From an uncultured Acidobacteriota bacterium (GTDB taxonomy: Bacteria > Acidobacteriota > Terriglobia > Acidiferrales > UBA7541): DNA of 64,000 nt. The stretch lies in contig CAVPCI010000005.1 of assembly GCA_963702375.1 (NCBI GenBank), positions 134,858 to 198,857 of the forward strand, read 5' to 3'. Below are positions 10,959-21,791 of this stretch, one piece after another; the first letter of the stretch is position 1, and every line of letters begins with the position of its first letter. Below the pieces are notes generated by a model, which searched no databases, was not told where the DNA came from, and saw only the letters and a program-made list of their open reading frames with translations. The position numbers and the translations under genes are program-made.

Positions 10959-11865
10959 TCAGCGCGACGGCTTTATCGGTCTTAGACTCGGCTGCAGACC
11001 ACGTATTCCATTCGCCTCGTACGCAATCAGGTCTGATGTGGAAATATGTTTAAGCTGCGGGCGGAATTTTCTTTTCTGCAGATGGATCAGGAGTTTTTCC
11101 TCGCTCACGAATCCTTGACCCGGGAGCCATCTATCTAGGGTGAGCTTTCCTGTTGCCTGATCCTGAGTAATCATTTGCGGAACGAATCGGTCTGTATGCG
11201 TCAATCGAAGATCATAGTAACGGTGATCTATGTCTGCGATAACTGACTCATTGTAAATTGGTATCCTTCGGTCCAGGAGAATCTTATATATTCCCAACCA
11301 CTCATCAAAACGGCAGCTTCTATTGGTAGCCACAACGCTTCGCCAGTCTGCATCCGAGACTACATGGCGAAACAGTGAATTAATGCAGTCAGTGTTTCTG
11401 TACAAAGAAAAATTTCCCCTTACCAGCAGCTTGTCGAAATCCACCAAAGCCCGTGCCGGCAAGACCTCTCGAATTCGCCAAACACAACGTCGAAGTCACA
11501 ATGACCCCAGAAATCAAAACCAGCTAACTCTTCAGAGAAGATCTCTCCAAACATGGGTCGGTAATCACAAAGCTTGTACGGAATCTCCAGGTCGACAGGC
11601 CGGCCCAGGACACTGAGAATCGTTCGCGCAGTCCTCCAAGACTTGCCTGAATTCTCTTTACGTTAGACGGAGCGTCGATCGGAAAGTCATGGTCGGAGAA
11701 TATCACCCAGTTAACAGATGGATTCCATCCACATGACCTCAGAAATAGCCATATGTTATCCGGCCACGGCCCGATCTGGATGCCGATGACGGCGACTGAA
11801 CTATCGTTACGGCCCCGAGACTGTCCCAGGAGCGGACTGAGAGAGGATTGTTGGCCCTGGTGCAT
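10959..11865 (-). pseudogene. capsule-locus protein resembling the DUF6625 family (putative glycosyltransferase), two frameshifts
   Basis: Three fragments lie in three frames. They are 11524..11865 (VAVIGIQIGPWPDNIWLFLRSCGWNPSVNWVIFSD), an unlisted middle piece I translated by hand (YKLCDYRPMFGEIFSEELAGFDFWGHCDFDVVFG) and 10959..11462 (LPARALVDFDKLLVRGNFSLYRN). Total ~302 aa. Confidence 0.5.
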
Positions 11866-11904
11866 AAATACCTGCTTTCGCCTCCCGGAGGATTACACAG
11901 GCTG

Positions 11905-13190
11905 TTACAACTGTTCCTGACCTAACGGCAACAATTGTACTGGTGTAAGAGATTCGCTAGGGCTCTTGAATGGTTGTTGATCGGTGCCGGTTGCGTTTGT
12001 AACCGAAAAGCACGTCGCGACGAATAGGGGCCAGTAAATTGTATTACCTGCGACCAGACTGCCCTCGGTGAATTGGTATAAAATAAAGAAGCCGAATAGA
12101 TCAGCGGCCACATGGCTTCCCGTTCCACGCCCTGCTGCAAGCAATCGATCGCCCGCCGCCCAGCAACGAGATAGGTGGCAATGAGTAAGGCAAGCCCCGC
12201 CAGGCCCGTTTCCAGAGTCAAGTCGATGTAGCCATTGTGCGCGTGGGGCGTGTTCCAGTTTCACTTCTTCTCGTATTCCTGTTGCCGCCTGGGAATCTGC
12301 TTCCCAGAAGGCGCTGTATCCGTATCCGTGGATGGATTCTTCGCAATGCTTGATATCGCAATTGCCAAATTCCTACCCGTCCGGTAAGACTAGCGTTCCG
12401 GCCGAGAGGGCGGTTACTTTCCAAGTTCTGAAGAAACCAGGTAGATAGCCGGTAAAACCATTAGCGCGCTCTGCCAGGCGGCTACAGCCGACAGCTTGGG
12501 TTTCCACCGCAGCGCACCAGAGATTTGAGGAGCGTCAGCAGGCGACGAGGATGACCAATGCGCCCACGAATGGGCCAACGCTATCAAGCCGAAAGCACCT
12601 ACTATCACGCAGCCAAGAAGCAGGAAGTCTCGGAGCGAGCGTCGCGATCGGCTCAAGGCTACAACCGTAAAAAGAACCACCGTTCGCGCCAAACTCGTTC
12701 TTAGCACCCCAGACTCCATGCCATGCCGCTGAATCGAAGTCCGCATTGGGATTAGCGTGGGAAAAATAACTGCGCTACGATGCCTAGCAGCAGGGCAAAA
12801 CCAAGGACGAGATAAAGGAGGCGCAACTGGTCTCGCACCGAATAGCGACCGGCAAAATCGATACCAATCAGCGTGGTTCCTATTAGCGCGACACCCTTCC
12901 GCAAGGTGAGACCAGGATCTTGGGACCACATGCGGAACAAATAGCCAGCACGACGAGCAGCAAGAGGCACTTGTTGGCACGGAACAGCGTTGCAATCTTG
13001 CGGAGATGTGGAATCAGGCAAATCACAACGGCTCCATATCAGCAAACCAGAGTATACGCAGCACTGGCGAGCCATCGGTGGCGGCCCGCGGATCCTTGGG
13101 ATCCACGATGAACGTCTGGAATGCACCCGTCGCCAAAAGCAGAACAACGAGAGTTAAAGCATCGTCGAGAAGTTTGCGACTGATCTTCAT
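11905..13190 (-). pseudogene. O-antigen ligase/Wzy-family polymerase, at least 6 frameshifts
   Basis: Collinear fragments run from the ATG at 13190 (MKISRKLLDDALTLVVLLLATG). They continue through 12752..13147, 12414..12995 and 12218..12424 (NASLTGRVGIWQ), a hand-translated piece (GYGYSAFWEAD...), then NTPHAHNGYIDLTLETGLAGL (11922..12221) and LFGFFILYQFTEGSL (11905..12264). Total ~428 aa. Confidence 0.65.
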
Positions 13191-13295
13191 ACTTGCGCCG
13201 GTTAAGAGCTTGAGTGAACCGCCCAAGCATTACGCCCCAATAACTGGGTCGATGGTTGTGCTAGCGCAATGGGTGTCGCCGGAGAGCTCTTTCGA

Positions 13296-14643
13296 TCAAA
13301 CGAACGCATCGGCATTTGCATTCAGGACGACAGCTCGCGACCTGCGGCAAAGAACGAATACGGAGGCACCGACCCCTAAAGCCAGCAAAGCGTCTGACGC
13401 AATGCTGGACCAGGCGGCGCCGCGCCATGAATACAGTGGAATAATCCATAGATTGATCGCGACGTTGAACACCGCAACCACTAATTGAACGAAGGTGCGC
13501 AATCCCTGATGCCCAGCACCAGTAAGAACGTTGGAAAAGAAATAGTGCAAAACCTTCAGGAAAGGCAGTACGGATAGCCAGCGGAGCGCCTCGACTGTCC
13601 GTGAATACTCCGGCCCCAGAATGTAAGGCACCGCTCCCGCAGAGACCAATAAGGATCGCGCAAATGAGCACGGAATACGCGATCGAGCGCAGCAAAAGCG
13701 GCTTCGCATATTTTAAGCAGGACGTAATACCCTCAGCACCCGACCGGAAAAATTGGGCATAAGAGGCCATTAATAGCGATGAAACCGGTGCAAAGCTAAC
13801 ATCGATAAGACGATAAGCCGCGCCATAGATTCCCGTCGCATCCAGAGATCCCAGCCGGGCCAGCATTGTTTTGTCGATATCGTTGTAAATGGTTTGAGCG
13901 CTCAGACTGGCGGAGAAATAACAACCCTCGCGTATTTCGGCGATCGAGCGCCTCCAATTGAGGGTGGGAGGCCCAAGCTTCGACCATACCAGCAGACATG
14001 AAATGGCGGTTACAACTGCGGTGCTGGCGAAATAGACGTATCCCCACTGCAGTGCAGAAGGGTGGCGCGTGAATCCAATGAGAACGGTCGCTCCAATCAG
14101 GCGGCTCGCACTGATGAGAACATTGAGAGTTGCCGTCCAGTTAAGGCGCTCAACAGCCAGGAATGCCTGCGCGCAGGTCGTAATGGTGCTGAGGCCTAAA
14201 ATGTCCGAGAGTGCTATCAGGATGACCAACCGGATCGGTATATTCGCTGGTAAAACAAAGTGCGAGACAACGAGAACTAGTGCCAAGAGGAACGAACCAA
14301 AGCACGCCGTGGTGACCAACGCCCGGCCCCAGTACGCCGCAAAATGGGTCCTGTCGCGCGAGACGTTCTTAACCAGCAGGTTCCCGCTGCCGAGATCAGC
14401 AAACGGATAAGCAACCCCGACTAGCGCAACAACTCCGATGAAGGCTCCGTACTTGCTTGCCCCTAATGACCTGGCAATCTCGATAAAGTACAACGCCTGG
14501 ATGACCAACCGCAGCCCGCTGCCGAGAAACACATAACCCGTATTCCGGGCCAAAACACTTCTGAGTCCGAGTTTTCTGAAAATATCACCCAAGGATTGTT
14601 TGCCTAGATCGGAATCGTGTTTTCGTCGGATGCGAACGCTCAC
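13296..14643 (-). pseudogene. Wzx-type flippase (MOP/polysaccharide biosynthesis protein), one frameshift
   Basis: ORF 13261..14643 is polytopic for ~335 aa, then turns Arg/Cys-rich. The true C-terminus continues in the frame of 13296..13709 (AGAVPYILGPEYSRTVEALRWLSVLPF...). Junction ~13625-13640. Confidence 0.7.
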
Positions 14644-14694
14644 CCGCCGTCGAAGAAATCGCCGACTTGAGATTCCTATTTTCGAGTCGTTCCG

Positions 14695-15510
14695 TTATCC
14701 AAAGAGCTGTTCACCGATAGGCGACACTCCGTCTGTTGGAAATCGCAACAGCCTAGATGCCTGCATCGTTACGAGAAACAAATATGCCGGATTCAGGTAG
14801 AGGTACCTGCGCCAAAGCCTTCGGGGTTCGCTGGTCAAGCGGAACAACCATTCAAGACCGCGATTCTGCATCCAAACGGGCGCCTGCGGGATCAGGCCCG
14901 CCAAAAACGGAAACGCAGCACCGACTGCCAAGATCGGCATCGAAAGAGCTTCGCGGAACTCATAAGCGAAGGTTTCTTGCCGGGGACAACCCAACCCGAC
15001 CAAGGTGATCGAAGCCCCCGAAGAAACAATTCGATCCGTCAATGCAGCCTTTTCCGCGGGCGTTAGCCGACGGAACTTCGACGGCTCCGCGCCTGCGATC
15101 CTGATCCCCGGAAATTTCTGCTCCAGAGAGTGCTTCAAGGCCGACAGAATTTCGGGATTACCTCCGTAGAGATAGATAGATTGGCCCTCTGCCGCGGCCC
15201 GCGCGCAAACCTTAAGAGTCAGGTTCGGTCCGTAGACACGATCGAGCAGGTTGGCACCATGGAGCCAGTTCAACACCCAGCGCACGGGTTGGCCATCCGG
15301 AACCAGAAGGTCAAAATGGTTTAAACGGAACTTGTGTTCGCGATCCAGCACGCCGGTCATGACTCCGTGAACTGCAAGAGCCGAAACCGCCACTCCGCGC
15401 CTCTCGCGAGCAGCCCGAAAAATAAATCCAAGCGCTCCCTCGTAATCCACCACATCCATTAGGATGCCAACGACATTCCTCTTGCCGGAGTTGAGCATTC
15501 TCCTCTCCAT
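14695..15510 (-). CDS. WecB/TagA/CpsF-family glycosyltransferase (GT26)
   Basis: 271 aa with [19 protein letters not shown] and [19 protein letters not shown]. Confidence 0.85.
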   Translation of the reverse strand: MERRMLNSGKRNVVGILMDVVDYEGALGFIFRAARERRGVAVSALAVHGVMTGVLDREHKFRLNHFDLLVPDGQPVRWVLNWLHGANLLDRVYGPNLTLKVCARAAAEGQSIYLYGGNPEILSALKHSLEQKFPGIRIAGAEPSKFRRLTPAEKAALTDRIVSSGASITLVGLGCPRQETFAYEFREALSMPILAVGAAFPFLAGLIPQAPVWMQNRGLEWLFRLTSEPRRLWRRYLYLNPAYLFLVTMQASRLLRFPTDGVSPIGEQLFG

Positions 15511-16565
15511 CGTTCGACATTTAACTCGAATATCTCGCGCAGAATTCCTGGGACGTCATACTGCGGTCTCCAATGAGGATAGTGCTCTTGAAAATGCGAA
15601 AGATCGGAGATCCACCAGATGTGATCTCCGCGGCGATTCTCGTCCACGTATTTGTGCTGGAAAGGCTTGCCCGTAATCTGTTCGCAGGTCGATATGGCCT
15701 CAAGCATCGAACAATTGCTGAACCGACCTCCGCCCATGTTATAAACCTCACCGCAACGGGGCTTCTTCAAGAACTCGTGGAAGGCGCGAATGAGGTCAGC
15801 GCTGTGGATGTTGTCCCTTACCTGCTTCTTCTTGTAGCCAAAGATGGTGTACGGGGTCTCAGTGACGGCGCACTTCATCAAATAGGCAAGAAATCCATGG
15901 AGCTGCGTTCCTGAGTGATTTGGGCCGGTTAGGCAGCCTCCGCGAAAACACGCCGTCTTCATACCGAAGTAGCGTCCATACTCCTGCACCAGGACATCCG
16001 CCGCCACTTTGGAAACGCCGAACAGACTGTGCATCGTCTGGTCAATCGGCATCGTTTCCGGTATGCCTTTGGCCGCATACGCATGTTCCGGACTTAACTC
16101 CCAGCGTGTCTCAAGCTCGACCAGCGGCAGGAAGTTCGGGCGATCGCCGTATACCTTGTTCGTTGAGGTGAAGATGAAGGCCGCATCTTTCGCAAATAAC
16201 CTGGTTGCCTCGAGCAAAACAGAGGTCCCATTCGCGTTCACTGTGAAATCAACTTGGGGATTGCTCGCGGCCCAGTCATGGGATGGTTGAGCAGCAGTAT
16301 GAATGACAAGTGCGATGTTTGACCCATACCGAGAGAAGATGCCAGAAACCGCTCCGAAATCGCGAATATCGACTTCGTAGTGACGATAACGTGGAACTTC
16401 AGCACGAAGGCGGTCTCGTACCCAGCGGGTGGAAGCGTCTTCCCCAAAGAAAGCGGAGCGCATGCCATTGTCGATCCCGACTACGTCCATTCCTAGGGAG
16501 GCGAAATAGGCAACGGCCTCAGAACCAACCAGCCCGGCGGAACCAGTCACGATGGCGATGCTCAC
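15459..16565 (-). CDS. NAD-dependent sugar epimerase/dehydratase (SDR; CDP-paratose-2-epimerase-like)
   Basis: 368 aa with [14 protein letters not shown], the YGVSKVAAD catalytic YxxxK, and the C-terminal [20 protein letters not shown]. Confidence 0.7.
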   Translation of the reverse strand: MSIAIVTGSAGLVGSEAVAYFASLGMDVVGIDNGMRSAFFGEDASTRWVRDRLRAEVPRYRHYEVDIRDFGAVSGIFSRYGSNIALVIHTAAQPSHDWAASNPQVDFTVNANGTSVLLEATRLFAKDAAFIFTSTNKVYGDRPNFLPLVELETRWELSPEHAYAAKGIPETMPIDQTMHSLFGVSKVAADVLVQEYGRYFGMKTACFRGGCLTGPNHSGTQLHGFLAYLMKCAVTETPYTIFGYKKKQVRDNIHSADLIRAFHEFLKKPRCGEVYNMGGGRFSNCSMLEAISTCEQITGKPFQHKYVDENRRGDHIWWISDLSHFQEHYPHWRPQYDVPGILREIFELNVERWRGECSTPARGMSLAS

Positions 16566-16625
16566 TTGTCTTCTCCCAAAGTTGTTTTTATTGCCCGTAT
16601 CTCAGCGACTTAGGCTTGACACGGC

Positions 16626-17813
16626 TCAATTTCGCGCTTGTACATCCAACGTTTCTCGGTATATCTGCATGAGCCTCTCGTAGTTGTGCTCGGCCGTATA
16701 GAAGTTCTCATACGTGCGCCGTGCCTCTTTCCCCATTCCAGCGATTCGTGCAGCGTTATGCCACGCCCACTCAACCTTTTCGGCGACGTCCATCGCGTCC
16801 CCTGGGACAAAATGCATGCCCGTGTGATTGTCAGTGACAATTTCCTGCATTCCTCCAAGACGGGAGCACAGAACTGGCGTACCGCATGCGAAAGCTTCGC
16901 AAATAGTCATTGGGAAACACTCATACCAGAGGCTAGGCACCATCAGGAACGCAGCTCTTTTGATCACGTCACGAGTCTCTGCACCGGTCAGCCGACCAGT
17001 GAACTTGACCGTCGAAAGATTCTTTTCGCTGCACTCTCTTTCTAGCTGCGTCCGCAACGGTCCGTCCCCAACGATTACGAGCGGGATCGAGGTTGCCAGC
17101 ATTTCCCAAGCCGCAAGCAGGGTTGCTACACCTTTCTCGGGAGAGAGTCTTCCCACGTAGAGTGCATACTCGCCAGCGCAGTCACTTTCACCGGGGTCAG
17201 GGTAGACAAAGTTCGGCTTGACTTGAAGCTTGCCCGGAGGCAATCCGCCGTCGATAAACTTCTGGCGGGCAAACTCGCTGAGTGCCACGTAGCTGTCAAC
17301 CGAGTCGTTCCATGTATTCGCCAGGCGATGCACTTGAAGCATTAGGGCCACGCCGGCAGTGGTGGCCCGGGAATTGTGATAACAACCGTGCCATACAGAA
17401 CGCCACAGTCCGCTCGTTGGGCATTCCTCACACAAATGTCCATCGCGAAACAGGCTCCAGGCTGGACATAAGAGGCGGAAATTGTGAAGGGTTTGAATGA
17501 CCGGCACATGCATTTCTTGGCAGACTTCGTAGACGGAAGGGGAAACCATCATGAATGTGTTATGCGCGTGAACGAGATCGGGACGCTCCGCACGCAGAAG
17601 GTCGCGGATATCCTGCCTGCTGCCCTTGGCGGAAACCATGTTCTTTGCGGCTACGAGTCGCTCAAAACTCGACATCCGCTCAAGTTCACGGTTGCTGCGC
17701 TCATACGTAACGACCTGGTGCCCGTACCTTTGCAACAGCTGGCACTCTTGAGCGAACACGACATCCTCGCCGCCCGGCTGTTGATAGCTATTGTGTATGA
17801 CGAGGACTTTCAT
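16626..17813 (-). CDS. glycosyltransferase family 4
   Basis: 395 aa with MKVLVIHNSYQQPGGED at the N-terminus and a GT-B C-terminal EX7E-type region (PSLWYECFPMTICEAFACGTPVL). Confidence 0.8.
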   Translation of the reverse strand: MKVLVIHNSYQQPGGEDVVFAQECQLLQRYGHQVVTYERSNRELERMSSFERLVAAKNMVSAKGSRQDIRDLLRAERPDLVHAHNTFMMVSPSVYEVCQEMHVPVIQTLHNFRLLCPAWSLFRDGHLCEECPTSGLWRSVWHGCYHNSRATTAGVALMLQVHRLANTWNDSVDSYVALSEFARQKFIDGGLPPGKLQVKPNFVYPDPGESDCAGEYALYVGRLSPEKGVATLLAAWEMLATSIPLVIVGDGPLRTQLERECSEKNLSTVKFTGRLTGAETRDVIKRAAFLMVPSLWYECFPMTICEAFACGTPVLCSRLGGMQEIVTDNHTGMHFVPGDAMDVAEKVEWAWHNAARIAGMGKEARRTYENFYTAEHNYERLMQIYRETLDVQARN

Positions 17814-17864
17814 GGCCGATTCAAATGCAGCTCGGGTGAGCCTCGGTGAGAGAACGGTAAGAAA

Positions 17865-19413
17865 TCACAGTAACGGTGCTTGGCGAGTTGGCAAGAGTTT
17901 AGGGCCATCGCTCAGCAAGGCCATGTGCTTCGGAAGCGATATCACAACAGGAATTCCCAGAGTCTTGATTACTTCCCCAGGGTTGCGGAACGAAGAGTCG
18001 AGAAAGTCGACCGTGTATCCTAGGCCTAAACTAATCGCGATTGCCGCCATGAAACCGATCATGGCGATCCGGATTGGACTGGTTGCTGGTAACGCTGGAA
18101 TTACGGGTGGTACGGCTATTGCGACGTTGGCAATCCTTTTTTTGTCTAGGGCGTCAGCCGTGCGTTCCTGTTCCCTCTTTGAAACGTATAGTAAGTAGTT
18201 GTCTTCATTTTCCTTTGTTTCTCGCAGCAAGTCCGCCTGTTTTAGCGCTTCCTGATCCAGACCTACCATTTTAAGTTGCATATTTTGAATGCTGCTTTTC
18301 CAAGCGACGACACTTGCGTGCTGAGCGGCCAAATCCGCTTGGGCCTTGGCTGCATCCTCCCTCAACAGCTCGAAGGTAGGATCCCGGTCTGTCGTTTGAT
18401 TGACGTATTGAGTTTTTTGAGCTTCAGCGATCGCGGCCTGTGTATCAGCGATCTCCCGATCAGCTTCTTGTACGAGTGGGTAGCTTGGCTGAAACTTCAC
18501 CAGAAGTTGAGTCCTTTTGAGTTGCGCAGCCAGGAGACTACTTTGCAATGTCTGAAGAAGAGTGCTTGCGTCGTTCGAAACTTGTTGAGTAGGCGAACGT
18601 TCCGGTATTTTCCTCATTTGATCATTATCGTCCCGCGCGCGGCTTTCATCAGCGGCGGCGGCTTGCTCGGCTTGGTGGAGCGACCCGACAGAGTTCGCAA
18701 GAACTAAGGCTATGTCAGTTCGCTGGACATCGGGTGCAACCACACCTTGTTCCTTGCCGAAATTTGCCAACCGAGCTTCGGAATCCTCCAAAGCGCTCCG
18801 GTATTTGTCTGCTTCTTTTGCGAAGAACTCATAGGAGCCGCTCGGGCGGTGCACCGCAACGTGCTTTTCCAGATAGAGTGTCGCCAATGTGCTCAGCACC
18901 CCGTAGGCCGTCTGGGGGTTCGCAGAGGCATAATTGACACTGATGAGGTTCGTCTTTGGGGGAGTATTGATCTCCAGTCTCTTGCCGAGATGTTTGACGG
19001 CCAGAGAAATACATTCTGCCTGATCTCTCTGCGGTAAGTGCATCCAAGAGGGTCGTCGTTCCTTCTTTTCAAGTCCGTTCGCGAGGACCACTTTCTCTAA
19101 GACGTCCTGGCTCCGAAGCAGTTCCGCTTCGGAATTAATTTCCTCTTCGGTGACGGCGGACGGCTGAGTTACCACTTGGTTGGTAGCTTCCGTGCGTGAC
19201 CAAGGGGTCAGATCGTTCACGGTTCACTAGGATTTCCATATTCGATTCATATTTATGCGATGCCCCAACCGCTGCCAGAACTGAAACTAATATCAGGAGC
19301 GCAAAAGTAACAACGATCAACTGCTTACGCCGAAAGAGGGGCGTAAGCATATCTCGAAGAGTAATGTCTTCCCTGAATTGACTAACCGCCGCTCGCAGTT
19401 TCAGGTCACTCAT
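17865..19413 (-). pseudogene. polysaccharide chain-length determinant (GumC/Wzz, PEP-CTERM-locus type), one frameshift
   Basis: The N-terminal TM segment from the ATG at 19413 (preceded by GGAGGAGG) reads MSDLKLR...LIVVTFALLILVSV...ILVNRERSDPLV. The periplasmic coiled-coil part and the C-terminal TM are in the frame of 17865..19220 (TEATNQVVTQ...). Junction ~19191-19200, total ~516 aa. Confidence 0.7.
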
Positions 19414-19481
19414 TTGCTGCCTCCTCCTTCTCTTTTTTTTGCAACCTAATTGGAGGCTCCGGCCTTTATCCCTCGAAAATG

Positions 19482-20921
19482 CTACGCGGCACCGGATCCC
19501 TTCAGTACCGCAGGAATCGTCCGTGCCAGAATCTTTATATCGAGCCAGAGCGACCATTCATCCATGTACTGGAGATCGAGTTTCATCCATTGCTCAAAGG
19601 GAAGTGAACTGCGGCCGTTCACCTGCCAGAGGCACGTGATCCCCGGTCGCACACTAAAACGCCGGCGCTGCCAGTCCTCACTGAACCCCTTATAGTCCCG
19701 AACAGGAAGCGGCCGAGGGCCGACAAGGCTCATATCACCTTTCAAAACGTTGAAAAGCTGTGTCAGCTCGTCAATACTGGTCCTTCGCAGAATCCTGCCA
19801 ATGGGCGTGATTCGAGGGTCGTTCTTGATCTTGAAAACGGGACCAGATACTTCATTTTGGTGCTCCAGATCCGCGATCATTTGCTCTGCGTTTCGAACCA
19901 TGGTTCGGAATTTGAAAATCGAGAATTTGCGTTTGTTGAGACCGAGCCGTTCCTGGCGAAAAACGATCGGGCCCTCCGAGGAAAGCTTGATTAACAGCGC
20001 TACGACGACAAGGAAAGGGGCCAGAAGAACCAGCAAAACGAGGGACAAAACAATGTCCAGGAGCCGCTTGATCATTAACGACTGCCAATCGCCGGCTCCC
20101 GTATGGGCGGAAATGTGATGATCCCCGTCAAATTCCTCAGAACTAGAACGAGCCGTTTTCAGCCCGAAAATGTCGCCGTCGAATCTCATAGTGATCCCGT
20201 GCTGCTCGCATAGAGCAGCAACCTCAAACGAGCGTTGGTAGGAGGAGCGCAATGGGAGATACATTGCCAGCTCGTCGACGATGTTACGGCGCAGAAACTC
20301 CGGGATGCCAGCATAACCGCAGACCAGCGGAAATCCGGTCTGTCTAAACTCATCCAATCCCTGCCATTCGTCATCTACAAATCCCAGGAGCCGATACCCC
20401 AGTTCCGGCTTCGTGACGATCTTTTGCGCGAACTCAATGGCACGTCGGTTTGTCCCCACAAGTAGCATGTAGCGTAAATTGTGGCCATGACGTCGTACGC
20501 TTCCCAGCAAGACTCGAAGAACCGTTCGGCATGCAATCATAAGAACAGAGCTGATGCCCCAGAAGAGTATGAGAAAGGCGTGCGTAACCATCGTGATCGG
20601 GAACAACACAGCGATCAGTCCAAGGGACAAAGCAGCCACTGTGGTGGCCTTGACGATCTGAACGATTTCCTCATGCCTTGCCGAAAGCCGCCGTGACTCG
20701 TACAAACCGCAGAGAGAAAAGATCACGTGCCAGGTCAGCAAGATTGATCCGAAAATGATGCAGTTCGAGAGTTTCACCCGCATCGAGAGGAATTGCCTGA
20801 GATTTGCAGTTTGGTTCGAGTGCACAACCAATACGGTCGCCAATCCGAAGGCGATGATAACCACTCCTATATCGAATAGCTTAAAACCGCTCAAAACCAA
20901 ACGGCGTCTCGCTTCGTTCAT
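19482..20921 (-). CDS. large polyprenyl-phosphate glycosyl-1-phosphate transferase (WbaP/EpsB type)
   Basis: 479 aa: N-terminal TM bundle, a central Rossmann-like region, and the C-terminal sugar-transferase domain (KRLLDIVLSLV...PIVFRQERLGLN...KFRTM...DELTQLFNVLKGDMSLVGPRP). Confidence 0.85.
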   Translation of the reverse strand: MNEARRRLVLSGFKLFDIGVVIIAFGLATVLVVHSNQTANLRQFLSMRVKLSNCIIFGSILLTWHVIFSLCGLYESRRLSARHEEIVQIVKATTVAALSLGLIAVLFPITMVTHAFLILFWGISSVLMIACRTVLRVLLGSVRRHGHNLRYMLLVGTNRRAIEFAQKIVTKPELGYRLLGFVDDEWQGLDEFRQTGFPLVCGYAGIPEFLRRNIVDELAMYLPLRSSYQRSFEVAALCEQHGITMRFDGDIFGLKTARSSSEEFDGDHHISAHTGAGDWQSLMIKRLLDIVLSLVLLVLLAPFLVVVALLIKLSSEGPIVFRQERLGLNKRKFSIFKFRTMVRNAEQMIADLEHQNEVSGPVFKIKNDPRITPIGRILRRTSIDELTQLFNVLKGDMSLVGPRPLPVRDYKGFSEDWQRRRFSVRPGITCLWQVNGRSSLPFEQWMKLDLQYMDEWSLWLDIKILARTIPAVLKGSGAA

Positions 20922-20978
20922 CGAGAATGTCTCTTCAAGCTAGCGGTCATCCTGCGGATTCGTTCTACTGGCCGTAAC

Positions 20979-20992
20979 GGTAGGTGGTAGGT
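20979..20992. repeat. tandem heptamer GGTAGGT x2 in the leader between the NusG paralog and the transferase
   Basis: Read directly as ggtaggtggtaggt. It lies ~60-70 nt upstream of the transferase start at 20921. Function unknown. Confidence 0.5.
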
Positions 20993-21099
20993 CGCAGATA
21001 ATGCTTCGAGCCATCTCGATTAGAAAGGCAGATCGGTATCACCGATTGTGCCTTCTGCGTTACCGCTGTCGGGACGCTTTTCGGATATCCAATACTCGA

Positions 21100-21681
21100 T
21101 CAGGCCGGCTCGACGGTATAGCCAGCGACTCGAATGGAAAGGGAACGCTGAATGAAATGGACGGAAATTATCAAACTTAGATCGTCGTGCTTCGCTAACA
21201 GAATCCCCTGAACCCCATCTAGGCTTCCTCCACGAATACGAACGCGCTGGCCAATATTCAGATATGGGTGCGGATAAAAGGGAATGCCCTCGGTGACAAT
21301 TGTGCGGACGGCGTCAATTTGAGTATCGGGAATCGGAGTTCCCCTCCCGCCTGCTCCGACAAAGCTTTTGACGCCATCTGTGCCCAGCACCGAGATGCGC
21401 CCATTCGCTGTCTCCATCTCCTTAAGCCGGACGAAGACGTAGCTCGGAAACAATGGCGAGTGGACCACGCGGGTCCGATCGCTCCACTGATGCTTCGAGG
21501 AAAAGAGCGGAAGAAATACGTCAATGTCTTTACGCTGAAGTTCAGCCGAAACCTTCTTTTCATATCTCGGCCAAGTCTGAATTGCGAACCACGACAAGTC
21601 GGATTGAGCCACACCAGCACTTACCAAGCTCGATTCCGTCGGCATTTGAAGATTGGACATAGCTTCGCTAAGTTGAGTCAC
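21100..21681 (-). CDS. NusG-family specialised paralog (RfaH/UpxY-like antiterminator)
   Basis: 193 aa. NGN domain start WFAIQTWPRYEKKVSAEL...VFLPL and KOW motif GQRVRIRGGSLDGVQGILL. Confidence 0.75.
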   Translation of the reverse strand: MTQLSEAMSNLQMPTESSLVSAGVAQSDLSWFAIQTWPRYEKKVSAELQRKDIDVFLPLFSSKHQWSDRTRVVHSPLFPSYVFVRLKEMETANGRISVLGTDGVKSFVGAGGRGTPIPDTQIDAVRTIVTEGIPFYPHPYLNIGQRVRIRGGSLDGVQGILLAKHDDLSLIISVHFIQRSLSIRVAGYTVEPA

Positions 21682-21761
21682 ATGAACAGGTGACCCTACT
21701 GTCGTCGTTTGCTCCGACCTGCCCCCGCTAGCTCCTCAAGGGCACTTCCGCCGGACTATGC

Positions 21762-21780
21762 GTTCTCGGCAAGCGAGAAC
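21762..21780 (-). other. 7-bp stem / 5-nt loop hairpin between the kinase-like gene and the NusG paralog
   Basis: gttctcg gcaag cgagaac, read directly. No U-tract follows on the minus strand, so it is not a classical intrinsic terminator. Confidence 0.25.
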
Positions 21781-21791
21781 TCGTTCGGCGC

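Noticed and set aside
1470-19413. Programmed ribosomal frameshifting or phase variation as an explanation for the split genes
   Set aside because: There are multiple shifts per gene in both directions and no shared slippery heptamer. The homopolymers are only 3-4 nt, too short for classical contingency loci. Decay or sequence error is more parsimonious.
21056-21068. ops-like sequence on the minus strand (AGCGGTAACGCAG versus the E. coli ops GGCGGTAGCGTG) downstream of the NusG paralog
   Set aside because: Only about 8 of 12 positions match. Non-enterobacterial NusG paralogs are not known to use the E. coli ops. A match of this quality is expected by chance in GC-rich DNA.
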